Positions 13,169-25,714 of a stretch of DNA of 64,000 nucleotides are shown here, piece by piece (within the stretch, counting starts at the first letter, position 1; each line of letters opens with the position of its first letter). The translations under genes were made by a program, and so were the position numbers. The DNA comes from the human T2T-CHM13v2.0 reference genome, Homo sapiens, in assembly GCF_009914755.1 (NCBI RefSeq), contig NC_060932.1. One strand, given 5' to 3'. The notes below the pieces were generated by a model. That model was not told the origin of the DNA. It did no database searches and saw only the letters and a list, made by a program, of their open reading frames with translations.

Positions 13169-14659
13169 ATCTGTTTTCTTTTTGGTTTATATTATTTCTA
13201 AAACATATATATTTTTTGGTGTTTCAAGACAATAAAAACTCAGTGTGTCTTAATAAAATCCAAAAAATCAGAGCAAAACTAAGCTAAAACTAAATTGTCC
13301 TTTTGGAGACAGCTTTTGCACTGACTCTTTACTCTGAAAATTAGTAACTAAAGAGAAATAATTGTGCACCTATCTTGTCTTTCCCAACAGGAACTGTATT
13401 TGAGGGTAACCAAATAGCAATGAAGAGAAGGGAAAACAAAACAAAACAAACACCAGTGATTTCTTGTAATAAAATATTATTGTAAATACCTAGTCAAAGG
13501 AAGAGACTGTGGCTTAAAACTCAAAGAAATTTATTTTAAATTTCCTTTTTTTAACCTTTTCTCTCTTTTCACCATTCCAAAGTATCTCCTTTGCAAATGT
13601 GGTATAATATAATAGCAGAGAAATCACTCTAGAGGGAGTCACTTACCCACTTTCCTCAGGACCAAAAGTAAGCAAGTTGCAAGAAGAAATTAATTTATGC
13701 TAATGTCTTAAAATCCTGCCAAAATGTTTCTTGCTATCTCCATTAACATTTAGGATCTGGGCCATAACCAAAGTAATATATTCTAGTGACATAATATAAA
13801 TTTTAGTATTGATGTAGTCATTGAAGATATTTTTAAAAATTTCTTTTATATTAATCTACTAATGAAAGGCAAGGTGACCGGATTATTATTAGCCTGAGAA
13901 AAGTCTGCAACACACAAAAAATATTCAAAAGGAGAAGAATGAATGAGAATCAAAATCGCTTCTATGATCTTGCTCAATTTTCAGATCTTAATAGGTATTA
14001 TTGCTCTAATTCCCAGAGATTCCCCTGAGAGAGAAACTGAGATATTTGGTAAATGATTAATATTTTCACAGGCAGTGTTAAGATGTTATGTCCACATCCC
14101 TGTCACTGTATCTTTCTACATTCCTGGTTTAGCAACACAGCATTCTCTCAATTCTGGAAGCATCCTTTCCACTTCCGCTAGTATTCTCAGTGAGTCTAAT
14201 TCATTCCAATGATTTAACCAACTCCTGATATGACTAAAAATTGTGAAAGAATATTCATCTGCTGCTGTACTTGCAATTTAACATGGGATTCCTAAATTCC
14301 CTCAAAGGCATGAATATTGAATAGTGAGACTTCAGACGTTATGGCAAGCTAAAAGTAGAAGACTGAGAAGGAAGGAGTGGAAGGAAGCTGCAGTCTCCTT
14401 CAGACCACCCCATGGGAGTCCCTGTCCCATTAATGTATAGGCCAAGCCCATTAGCTATAGCCATAAGAACCAAGGAAACCACAAATGTTGTTAACATTCT
14501 TGCTTTCATATCACCTCTTTTCCCTGAGTGCTGCAGTGCATGACATCATCAGCCATCAGCAACCTATAAGTTTTTGAAGATACCATTGTGTACCTAATGC
14601 CAAGTGAATTTTTGTTTAGAGGTACTTTCACTGACACCAAGATGTTTAAAACAAACTCA

Positions 14660-14963
14660 TTTCTTTTTTTTTTTTCTTTTTTTGAGATGGAGTCTCGCTC
14701 TGTTGCCCAGGCTGGAGTGCAGTAACGCAATCTTGGCTCACTGCAACTTCCACCTCCTGGGTTCAAGTGATTCTTCTGCCTCAGCCTCCTGAGTAGCTGG
14801 GACTATAGGCATGTGCCACCATGCCCAGCTAATTTTTGTATTTTTAGTAGAGATGGGGTTTTACCATATTGGCCAGGCTGGTCTCAAACTCCTGACCTCA
14901 TGATTCACCCTTCTCGGCCTCCCAAAGTGCTGGCATTACAGGTGTGAGCCAGTGTGCCAGGCC
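14660..14963 (-). mobile_element. AluS (AluSg-like), full length
   Basis: Full dimer with poly-T; ctgacctcatga lacks the gg of AluSx; ggccaggctgg; partial TSD ctcattt. Confidence 0.95.
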
Positions 14964-15644
14964 CAAGCTCTCATTTTTTTAAGGTTTAAGATAGTAATTG
15001 CATTCTCTTCTCATGAGAGATGGCACCTGTTCTTGCTAATTAACATTTGTAGATTTACAGAAAGTTGCACTAAGAAGACTCCATAGGAGCTCATCTAATT
15101 TACCACATTTTCCAAATTCTCTCCCACCTTCCACCTTATTTTTATGATGAAGAATCTGAGAGAGAAAAAAACAAGTTGGAGGAAGTCACAGCATTCCACT
15201 AATTCTCATCTCTCACCAGAAAATGAGAGGGAAAACATATCTCTTTGCTGCGGAAAAGAACCAGGGATGACTTGCTTCTGATGCCTCTTGGCATGACACA
15301 GTAACCAGAGGACTCAGGAGACCAGACAGGGAAATTGAGGGAGAGAGAGGCCAAGGAAGAGTGTGTCAAGCTCCAGTGCCGAAGATTCCAGAGGATCAGC
15401 GGAAGCAGGCAATGGGAGTGGGAATGGACATAGAGCAGAGATTAGGCAAAGGGATGAAGGAGGCCAACATTTGTTACCTCTGTCCCTGTTTCTTGCGTCC
15501 ATTTCTGAATGCTCTGTCCAGGTAGTCCTGGTGACAGATTTTCTCTCAGTACAACCAGCAAAACAGAGAAGTCCCTTATTGGCTAGGGTTCCAGGATGCA
15601 CCCCACCTGAGAAGCAAACTCTTTAAGCCACAGCAGGGCTTAGA

Positions 15645-15815
15645 GGAAGTTTCCCAAACTCACCTTGTCCTCCAAATACTGAAGTATCTATTTAAAATAC
15701 AGAGTTTCAGGCTTGTCCCTTGGAGATTTTGATTTAGTAAGTTGGAAAGGCTATGAGGCATCTGTATTTTTCACAAACACTTTGTGATTCTAGTGATCAA
15801 AAAGGCTGGGGATAT
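15645..15815. mobile_element. MER5-type hAT-Charlie DNA transposon
   Basis: tttcccaaact...ttaaaatacaga...gattttgatttagtaag...ggcatctgtatttt...gtgattct. Confidence 0.55.
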
Positions 15816-15829
15816 ATGGGAGCAGTAAA

Positions 15830-16022
15830 GAATGCCGGCTTTGCTGTGGCAGAGATGAGGCCTACTCATCATGTACCTTGGGCAGGGATTTTGAAATTTT
15901 GAAACTCAGTTGCCTCATTTATAAAACAGAGATAATAATCACAGGATGGAACATTCAGTTGGATCCTACAAGTAGTCTGTAGTCATATGCATGGCGTGAC
16001 CTGCATTCAATAAATATTAGCA
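15830..16022 (+). mobile_element. MIR
   Basis: accttgggca...ctcagttgcctcatttataaaacagagataataat...ttcaataaatattag. Confidence 0.65.
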
Positions 16023-17697
16023 TCTAGTCCATACCTGCTATTTTCCTTGGTAGTACCTCTAGTTTTAAGGCTCAGGGCACAACAGATCCTCATTATTTAG
16101 ACAGAGTACTAGCCTGCTTTAAAAAGAACAATGTTGAAAACTTCCACTGAGTGGTAAATAAGAATTACTGAGGTAAGAACCCACATGTCAGGCTATATTT
16201 GCTGAGCACAGCTACTAAAAGGTGGACAAGAGATGGCCCCCAAAGAGATTCCTATGTCGTAAAATAGAATTAGCCTCTCTTTGTCTCTAGACTGTGATCT
16301 GCATAGTTGTATCTACTTCTGCCTCATCTACCCCTGGCTATGTTTGACTGTATGTGATGTGGCACCCATCACCCAGATTTTTTTTTTTCCAGCTGGCTTC
16401 AATTTGGGATTTGGAAGTAATGCATTGATTACACTTTGCCTCACCCTTGACCAAGAATTCCCTCCAGCATGCTGCCCTTCCACCACTATCCATGGCTCCA
16501 GCTTTTCAATTCCAGGCTTTCATCCTAAAACAACTTTCTCTTGAGGACAATATCACAGTAACAGATACTAGGAATGGATTGAGGTTTAAAACAGTGTCCA
16601 TGTGTTGTGGGCTTTCAATCTCGTCCTCTCAAAAGATGTTGTGTGGGATTCCACTAGACACAAAATGACAACGTAAATGTTAACAGGGGAATTTCTATGG
16701 GAACTAACATAGCATGAACTTACATCTCTACTTAATTGTCAGTGGTTGATATGACATCATTTTCCCAAGTCAGGTTCTGCAGATTAGCAAGAAAAGGAAA
16801 ATAGAATGAGAAGAAAGAAGAAATAGGAAAGGCTTATAATGAGGAAGATGAAATGTTTAAAAACAAATATTTCTCCTCCAATCTTGCATTACAGACCAAT
16901 CACATGCCCTTAGAGATCTATTGGAGTTTAGGGACTTATGTTTACTAAATATCTGAAGGAAATAGTCCAATGAGATCAACAGAGGTAGGACATGAGATAT
17001 CTATATCATGTATCTCAGTGAATGTATCTCTGTAATATTCACCTTCTGTAAGAAGAACAGGGGGACGAGAAGTGGTAATACTCCAGTGTCTTGGAAATAC
17101 ACTTCACAGAATTCCAGAAATGATAATTGTAAGCAACAGAAAACAAGATAAATCACTTGAGTATTTATGTCTGCATTTATGTAAGAAAACAGGCTATCAT
17201 CTCCTTTGCAGAGGTTGGGTAGGATATAGGTGACTGTTCAGTTTCATTCTACACTTACCATGTCTTAGAAAATACTTGTCTTTGAAGCATTTATTTCTAA
17301 AAACCTGTCTCAAATATAATGGCCCATTTTCTTAAGCTAGCATGTAAAATATAACAAACCCTGAAAGGAAAATAAAGGGCAAAGTCCCACCTAACCTTGA
17401 AAAAGTTAAAAATAAAACTATCTGATTGGTGAAACCTTCCAAGGAAAAGGAGAAAAGGTTTTGAGAAGAGATTTTTGTCAGAGGAGTCAAAGCTATTTTT
17501 TTAGTATATCTTTCTAATTTTCTTTTCTACTTTCTGTCCCATTTCCCTCTATTCCTCTTCCAACCAGTATTTCCTACTACTTATAGACTTGGTATTTATT
17601 AACATACTATTTAATTTGGTATTTAACTTAGAATTTGCACTGAAGGGAAAAGAAGCAGGAAGGAAGTAGAGGAAAAAAAAAAAGAGAAAATGGGCAT

Positions 17698-18057
17698 TGT
17701 ATTAGTCTGTTCTCACACTGCTAATAAAGACATACCTGAGACTGGGTAGTTTATAAATTAAAGTGGTTTAATTGATTCATAGTTCCACATGGCTAAGGAG
17801 GCCTCACAATCATGGTGGAAGATGAAGGAAGAGCAAAGGGACTTCTTACATGGCAGCAGGCGAGAGAGAGAGCGTGTGCAGGGGAACTCCTCTTTATAAC
17901 ACCATCAGGTCTCATAAGACTTATTCGCTATCACAAGAACAGCAGGAGAAAGACCCACCCCCATGATTCAATTAAGTGCCACCGGGTCCCCCCAGTACAT
18001 GGGAATTATGGGAGCTACAGTTTGAGATTTGGGTGGGGACACAGCCAAACCATTTCA
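17698..18057 (-). mobile_element. THE1 (THE1B/C/D) solo LTR, ERVL-MaLR
   Basis: tgtattagtctgttctcacactgctaataaagacatacctgagactggg ... gggtggggacacagccaaaccatttca; TSD ggcat/gggat. Confidence 0.95.
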
Positions 18058-18067
18058 GGGATCAATA

Positions 18068-18270
18068 TATTTTATGTGCCTAATGTGTTTCAGGCATTGG
18101 CTAGTGGTTTCTAGGCACATTAGCACATCCTATGCTCACAGCCATCCTGTCTTACGGGTACTGTAGTTTCCATTTTGCAGCTGAGAAAACTGAGACTCAG
18201 AGAGACTGTGGCTTATCCAAAGTCACAAAAGTACTGAATACAAGTGCTGATATTTTACTTCTAAATCCAA
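18068..18270 (-). mobile_element. MIR
   Basis: cattttgcagctgagaaaactgagactcagagag...ccaaagtcaca. Confidence 0.8.
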
Positions 18271-18295
18271 ATCCAACTTCTTCTATTTCATCAGA

Positions 18296-18837
18296 TGTGA
18301 TTGTCTTGTAAACAAATAGCTGCCCACTTCACCTTCCTGGCCAACAGAACCCTAGTTTTATTCAGAAAACCACTCCTTGGGAAAAGTTATTCTATCCCAG
18401 CTCAGGCATTATTTTGGATAAGTTTAAACCAATCAGGCAAGTCCCAGTTCCCTTGCCAATGTTAGTTTTCAGGGTATGTATATGACCCAACTCAAACCAT
18501 TGAGATATTTGAAAAGTCTTCCAGGAGAGTTCTGAGAAAAAGTTACTTGCCCTTAAAAAGTGAGCAAAGATAATATTGTTATTTGATCAGATATGGTTGT
18601 AATGCCTGCAACAGTGGCGACTATATTCTGACCATGATGGCTGAAGCCTAAGAACAAAGTGAACACACCAAAGACAAAAAATTGTAAGGTGAAAAAAAAA
18701 CCTGTCATTGAGCTACTAAATTGACCAGCCATGAAGCTGCTCTACCCTGGCTCTCTCACCATGTAGCATAACAAATGCCCTAAGACATTAAGAGCTGAGT
18801 TATCTGTTACTTGCAAATGGAAGCATCCTAACAGATA
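18296..18837 (+). mobile_element. MLT1 (MLT1J/I-like) LTR
   Basis: cccttgccaatg...atgacccaactcaaaccattgagat ... ctgttacttgcaaatggaagcatcctaacagata terminus. Confidence 0.7.
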
Positions 18838-19074
18838 GAAGCCTCATTGTGGGAGATATAACAGATGCAGTGCCAATCCAATATAGAAGCAGAGAACACT
18901 GCCAGTTTATGAATAACTAAAATGGTATGGAAATAAAGAAGCCACATGTGGAAGCAAGTGTATAAACACACACAATACTAGAACAGCATCTCAACAACAT
19001 CCTAGAGCAAAATATCCTACAAATGTTAACAGTTCATCTCTCTCCTTAAGTCTCAAAGTCTCACAAGGCTCAAT

Positions 19075-19243
19075 TACATTGCTTCACTTTTCCTGAGATG
19101 TCAGGAAAGCTTTGAAAATAGCAAAGCCTGGGCTATCTCTAGGGATTTCAATGTAATTGGTTTTGGATACAACTTGAGCATTGAGAGGTGGTTGGGGCTC
19201 CCAAGGTGGTTGGTTCTAACATGATGTTTATAGAACATCACTG
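19075..19243. mobile_element. MER5A-like DNA transposon
   Basis: agcctgggct...gatttcaatgtaattggttttgg...ctcccaaggtgg...ttctaac...agaacatcactg. Confidence 0.55.
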
Positions 19244-19454
19244 TTCTATAAACTTCAGCAGTGGCATTGTTTCAAATGCTTGATTACCTCCAGAAGATAT
19301 CTGAGGCTTGTCCATATTAAACTACATACATCTGTATTCCCTTTCCCCCAAAATATTCCAATTTTTCATGGAGCAGGGGTGGGGTAAGAAGAGACTGGAG
19401 CAGAAGTCATTCATGAAAGGTCATGGCACTTGGAGTTCTGGGTGGTAAACCAGG

Positions 19455-19670
19455 AGGAGCACTGGTTTAGAAGCCAGGAAATCTAGGTTTCATTGCTGGT
19501 GTCATCAGTTACTTGGGATCATGGAAATCACCTGCTGACTCTGGGTAATCATGTCTTCAAAGATAAGACAAGGCTAATTATCCTTCTGTTTCCCTTTTGG
19601 GTGTTGTGAGGATCAAATTCACTATTCATGTGAGACGTTTTGTAAAAGGTGAAGCATCACACAGGTGTGA
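19455..19670 (+). mobile_element. MIR
   Basis: agccaggaaatctaggttt...ggtgttgtgaggatcaaat...catgtgagacgttttgtaaa. Confidence 0.6.
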
Positions 19671-20151
19671 GATGTTGTGCTTTGTGAATGAACAGCTCCA
19701 ACTTTAGAAGTTTCCAGGTTGTCACCCACTAGTTATTCTAGGCTTGAATTACTTTGCAATAGCTCAGGTTTTCTTAGTCTTTTCCCCTCATTAGAATTCC
19801 TTGGCGAGTTTTCAGAAGTCACCGATGTCCTAATCTGCCCTCCAAAAATTCTGATGTAAACTGTCTGGGGTGGGGGCTGACAATTAGTACTTTTTAAGGC
19901 TTATATATTGTGTCCAGTGGTCAGCCGAGGATCTCCAAATCCAAATGCTTGTAAATAGCAGTGTTTGGTAGGTTGTGTGGGTTTGTTCTGTTTTGCTTTT
20001 TGCCTTCCTCATCCCTGACCTCCTACTGGAGACAGTGAGTCAGCTGCAATCTCCCATCATCCTGCAGAGGATGGATGGCTCTGGGAGGCTGCCCTGGTCT
20101 CCTGCTGCCTTTCTGATCTCAACTCCAGAGTCAGGAGGCAGCGTTCTCCTC

Positions 20152-20172
20152 TGAGTCATCATTCCCTATAAA
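20152..20172 (+). promoter_or_regulatory. Candidate AP-1 / TEAD / TATA cluster
   Basis: TGAGTCA-t-CATTCC-c-TATAAA contiguous in non-repeat sequence; motif match only. Confidence 0.3.
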
Positions 20173-20829
20173 CAACCCTAGAGTCGGGTTGCCAGTCACC
20201 CTGACCCAGCCACAGAAACCTCCTGCTTGGTTTATTCCATTCACGGGCTCTGCTGAGGCAGCTCTCATCTGGGCTTCTAAGATGTGCAGATCCTATCTAG
20301 TTACCACCTGCAGGTCATTTAGAGGCCATGTAGCAGAGAAGAAGAGGAGAAAGAGGAGAGAAATAGAGAAAATCTTTACTTCCCTATGCCCTATAGTTCT
20401 ATCTGCCGTTGCATTTGTTCCACCAGGCTCACCATCAATTCATAGAATAAAAGACATAAATAAACCCTAAGAACAGGTAGGGCATTTCCTACCAATGCGG
20501 GGTCTTCTAGCCCCTTGGACACCACCTTTTCACTTGGACTTTATATAGAAGGAACAGGGAATGGGCAGGTTAGGAAAACCTGACGGCCCAGGAAGGTTTG
20601 GGATTGAGGAGTCCTCTTCTAGGGAAGATGCATCCTGGAGTATCCTGTGGATGGTTAGGGAAGAGAGACCCCTACCTCCTACAATGCTGAGAGAGGACTT
20701 CCTGAAGCCCCGAAGTCCTATGAACCAGCTATTCTCACTGAACTCAGGCACCCTGTCTCTTCCTCCTCAGTAGACTCATTAATAGTTTTCTTCCTATGAT
20801 GATTATTGATATTTAAATCATTAACTCAT

Positions 20830-20962
20830 TCACTGGATGTGAACTCCTAGGCACATCTTTGATTCATCTTGGAATATCCAAAGGGACTATAACAGCCATT
20901 GAACCTCAGTAAAAATTTGTGAATGAGTGAATGACGAATAAATGAGGGAGTGAATGAATGGG
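20830..20962 (+). mobile_element. L2 3' terminus
   Basis: gatgtgaactcctag...ctcagtaaaaatttgtgaatgagtgaatga. Confidence 0.65.
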
Positions 20963-21949
20963 ACTAATCAAATTGTTTTCTCATTCCTTTCTAAAAGCAA
21001 TAGTTACTTGTAAGGGTTAAGTGTTATCTTACAAGTAGATGAGTGGGAACAGAGAGGATTTGAATGAGTAAATGAGTTTGAGGAAGATAGGCCCTGCTCT
21101 CTGACTGCTGTTCTGACCACATCACACCGTTTCATCAACCCACAGATTCTCTGTCCTTTTCCTTATCCTTAAGTGAATGAATTTTGCTCTGCCCTTGGCT
21201 TCTTGCACAGACCCTAGACATGTTCCCTATTGAATTCTACTGAGATTCTTTGCCGATACCTACCCACTCTTCTACTGCAGTCAATTGTGGTAACTCCAAC
21301 CTCAGGGAGAAGGCTTTTTCAGTTGTTTTATTTTGTTTGCTGTTTTATATTTTCTCCATGTTCATTTGCAGCATATTTTGGCTGTCACTGGCAAAATCAC
21401 TTCGAGGCATTGCCACATCGAGACTAAATCTGGAGGCAATGTTCTGATCTCCACTGTCATTGCACAGAGACTGTGAAAACCAGTTCCCTGGGGAAGGTGG
21501 TGAATTGAACATCGAGACCTGCTCTCATCCAGCATTTTCCTAGGTAAATATCTGTAGCATTTCCCAGGAAAGGAACACAGTAATATCTCATGCCAAACAC
21601 TGGCCTCTCCTTATTTCCTATCAGTAGTTCATTTTGCAGAGTAAAGAACCATGCCTAGTTTTATCATGGGGCCACTTTATTTGAAGAGTTTACTTTATTA
21701 CTTGGGTTGGCAAAACAGCAGAGTTTAAATCTTAACAAAATCTGATTACCTAGGGCAGTTTCCACCCTTAATTTTCCTCTCACATTTCTTTAACCAGGAA
21801 TCAGATTCTAGTTGTCTTTAGCACAAGATGTGTCTCAGGGTACGTTTTTGTTTTTGCTCTCCTGGACCAATTCTTTTGTAGAAACAGAGCAATTATTAAG
21901 GGGGCAAGGCCCAAAGATTTAATTTCAAGGCCAAACACTGATGTAATTC

Positions 21950-22085
21950 AAAATTAATTAACACTTACGCAGCACCTACTATGCTTCAGGCAGTTTCTAT
22001 CCCCATGTTTCATTGAATCCTCAGACAGATTCTGAGGTAGGTATTAGCATATCCAATTAACAAATGAAAATACTGAGGATCAATA
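21950..22085 (-). mobile_element. MIR
   Basis: gcacctactatg...tcattgaatcctca...tgaggtaggtattag...caaatgaaaatactgagg. Confidence 0.75.
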
Positions 22086-22560
22086 TAATATTACACATCT
22101 ACTTATCTTTAAAGAGCAAAGAAAATTATATACATGGGAAAATGACAAATATGTACAATGATAAGGAAACACAGGATAATTGCAATTATTTCTGCATGAT
22201 AAAATTGTGAATCCTAGTGAGTTTATTCTTTATATATTTTTGCTCCCACTTAGTGATTATGTATTATTTCAAAAATGGCAAGTGATATGTATTTTAAAGA
22301 GAATAAAAAAACAAAAACAAAACTCAGAGGCTGTGGTTGTTCATGAGTGCACTGTTAGTAAGCTTCTGAGCCAGGATTTTCCTTTTTCTAATGGAAAGCC
22401 CTGCTCTCTATTCCACAGTGCCTCTGATAGGGAAGTAGTTTGTGAGGAGCAGGGCCATAGGAAAACACCCCCTGTGGACCTGCCCTGCCCTGAGACTGCA
22501 CCATGTTGAGCACTGGGCCTTACCTGAGAAAGCAGATGTGAGAAGGAGCTTTTCTCCTGT

Positions 22561-23437
22561 TGTCAGAAGTGTTCAAACCAGAGCAACTCCATCCTGAATA
22601 GGGGCTGGGTAAATGAGGCTGAGACCTACTGGGCTACATTCCCAGACAGTTAAGGCATTCTAAGTCACAGAATGAGATAGGAGGTCGGCACAAGAGACAG
22701 GTCACAAAGACCTTGCTGATAAAACAGGTTGCAGTAAAGAAACCAGCCAAAGCTCACCAAAACCAAGATGGTGATGAGAATGACTTCTGGTCATCCTTAC
22801 TGCTACACTTCCACCAGCACCATGACAGTTTACAAGTGCCAAGGCAATGTCAACAAGTTACCCTGTATGGTATGAAACAAGGAAGCATGAATAATCTACC
22901 CCTTGTTTAGCATATAACCAAGAAATAACCATAAAAATGGTCAACCAGCAGCCCTTGGGGCTGCTCTGCTTATGGAGTGGCAATTCTTTTATTCCTTTGT
23001 GTTGTTGTTTTTTTGGGTTTTTTTGTTTGTTTTTTTTGAGACAGTCTCGCTCTGTCACCCAGGCTGGAGTGCAGTGGTGTGATCTAGGCTCACTGCAAGC
23101 TCCGCCTCCCAGGTTCATGCCATTCTCCTGCCTCAGCTTCCCGGGTAGCTGGGTCTACCGGCGCCCCCCACCACGCCCAGCTAATTTTTTGTATTTTTAG
23201 CAGAGACAGGATTTCACCGTGTTAGCCAGGATGGTCTCGATCTCCTGACCTCGTGATCCGCCCGCCTCGCCTCCCAAAATGCTGGGATTACAGGCGTGAG
23301 CCACGGTGCCTGGCCCCCTTTACTTGCTTCATAAACTTGCTTTCACTTTTACTCTGTGGATTCGCCCTGAATTCTTTCTTGCTCCAGATCCAAGAACCCT
23401 CTCTTGGGGTCCGGATCCAGACTCCCTTCCAGTAACA
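22561..23437 (+). mobile_element. MER41A solo LTR (ERV1), interrupted by AluY
   Basis: tgtcagaagtgttcaaaccagagcaactccatc ... ggatccagactcccttccagtaaca; perfect 4-bp TSD ctgt (22557-60, 23438-41); lacks the GAS-bearing block present in the 30470 copy. Confidence 0.9.
22999..23315 (-). mobile_element. AluY
   Basis: Diagnostics gcaagctccgcctcc, ttcatgccattctcc, gttagccaggatggtctcgatctcc; short TSD ccttt. Confidence 0.95.
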
Positions 23438-24319
23438 CTGTTGCCTTCCTTAAGCTTCCTGATGCTCTCACTGCTGGATTCAGTGGAATACAAATGATCC
23501 CTATTATCCAAATTCCAAATCCACATGATCTTCCCTTTCATTCAGAGATATTGAGTCAAAGCGTTGGTATGTGTCACTCCAAGTGCAAATTCAAAGTATA
23601 TTATGGAAAGAGTTCTGAGCTCAGAAATGAGGGCTAGGCTGGAGAACATTTGAGAGGCACTCACGTCATGTTGACGGCTGCTTGTCGCTATGGCTGGACT
23701 CAGCTGACTTTTGTACAGCGTGTCTGGTTTCCCAAAATTCTCTCATTTGCATTACCTGATCTTTGTGAGCCTTGGAGATAGGCAGGCATTTGTCAGCGAA
23801 GGAAACAGAGACCTTGAGAGTCTAAGTGACATTTTTTACTTAGTTCAGCTCCTCTGTCCAAAAACATTCAAGATGGCTTAAAATAAGACATTTATACAAT
23901 GATGGTAGTCAAATAGAAATTTTAAAATCACAACCACAAAAAAGAAGAGAAGAAAGTGGATAATCCAAACAGGCAAGCTGATATACATGAAGTACAAATA
24001 TTATCCTGAGTTTCTCTGCCTCCAGAACAAAAAGGGAAACATGGGAAATTAGCACACTCTTATTACTGGAGGGAGAAAATGCCATTTTCTCAGAGAAGCA
24101 GAGTTCTTCTTAACTTGGTTGTAAAACCTAAATGGAATTCTTTATAGGATACATTGAAAATTGGCAATTACCTCAACAACAGATTTTTACAACAGATTTT
24201 ACAGCAAATACACCAAAATGAATTTCATATGGCTTTTTTTAAAAGCTACAAATTTTAAGCCACAAACTATTTTTAAGCTACAGGGCCTTTTTTTTTTTTT
24301 TTTTTTTGCATGAGCTAGA

Positions 24320-24465
24320 CCATTAAAATCTTACAAAAGCTCTATGAAGTATTTACTATCACATTTTCCAAATTCAGAAATGGAAGCTTAAATTGATTAA
24401 GCCGCTCTCCCAACATCCCACAGCCCATAATTGACAGAGTTGGGGCTGGATCCCAGGTCTGACAT
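24320..24465 (-). mobile_element. MIR
   Basis: ctctatgaagt...gaaatggaagctt...cacagccc...gacagagttggggctggatcccaggtctgac. Confidence 0.65.
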
Positions 24466-25344
24466 CTTAAACTCTGAGGATAAGTAAAACACAATCACAT
24501 AAAGGCAATCTGGCAAATTGGCAAAAATGTTGTCTCCTAGTGGACTGACCTAAGCCCACAATAAAACTTAGATCCCAGAAGTAAATGAACAATGTATTGC
24601 AAATTATTTTCAGAATTATTTCTCTAGCTGGACTTTTAATAAAGTCTAAAAAGCAAACCCTTAGCTATCATACACTGGCAAAGGTTGCTGGTTGACGCTA
24701 CCCTAGAAGATTTACAGAAGATCATGTGGGTGGGTTGTGCCTTGCCAGGTTAGAACCAACTCCTCCACTACTAAGTCACAGATCTTATTATAATGAGATC
24801 AATCTCTCCCCAGCTATGACCTTAGACTCATAGTTTCTAAGTTCAAGGAATATGCATCCAATATTTTTCCCGTATTTTTAAAGCTGATATAAAATAGTCC
24901 TCCTGTGTCTGGTGCTTCACAGGGAACTGAGATTACTGAAGCTCAAGAAGCTTCAAACAGGATGGGATTACATAACAAGCCCTCCTGGATACTGAGCAGT
25001 GCTACAAGTGAACTGGGGATATTCTCCTTCGGAAAAAGCCAAAAGGCAAGCTTCACAGGGAGATAAATTTCCACAGCCTTAGTGTTCTCTATTTTATTGT
25101 CCACACAATGGTTTACATCCCTGAAAACCTGCCATTGAGTCCTCAGCTGCATCCCTGAGGCACTAAGGCTTAATGAACTCAGCTATGACTCAGTCAAATT
25201 GCTCCCAGAGTAAAGGTTTCACTGGAGAATGTAAGAGTCCTTCCGCAAAGTTAATTCTTTCTGAAAGAGGAAGAATATTAGAAAATAGTCAACCATAAAT
25301 TAAGTACTTATATAACACCAATATTTCCAATTTAGTGTAGCAAA

Positions 25345-25590
25345 GAAGTATATTGCAGGGATTAAAAGTACATACTTTGGAGCCGGATAGCCTTGGTTCA
25401 AATGCATATCCTGCCAGGGTCTGGATTTGTTACATTGGCAGTTATTTCTAGGCCTCAGTTGCGTCATCTAGACAATGGTTATAATAGTATGACATTATTG
25501 AGTTGTTCTGCATATCCACTTAATTATTACACTTAAAGCAATTAGTAAGTGCCTGAGACATAGTTAAGTGTTCAGTAAATGTTAGGTATC
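25345..25590 (+). mobile_element. MIR, near full length
   Basis: ctttggagccggatagccttggttcaaat...gcctcagtt...gcctgagacatagttaagtgttcagtaaatgttag. Confidence 0.8.
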
Positions 25591-25714
25591 AAAATGCAAG
25601 GAACTGAAGTAAAAGCTGAATAAGCTGTAACATTAACACAAGACTTCATTCTAATCCTCAAGGAATGATTTTAAGCAAAATATAAACGATGGAGTAATTA
25701 GCTCCTAATGAAGC

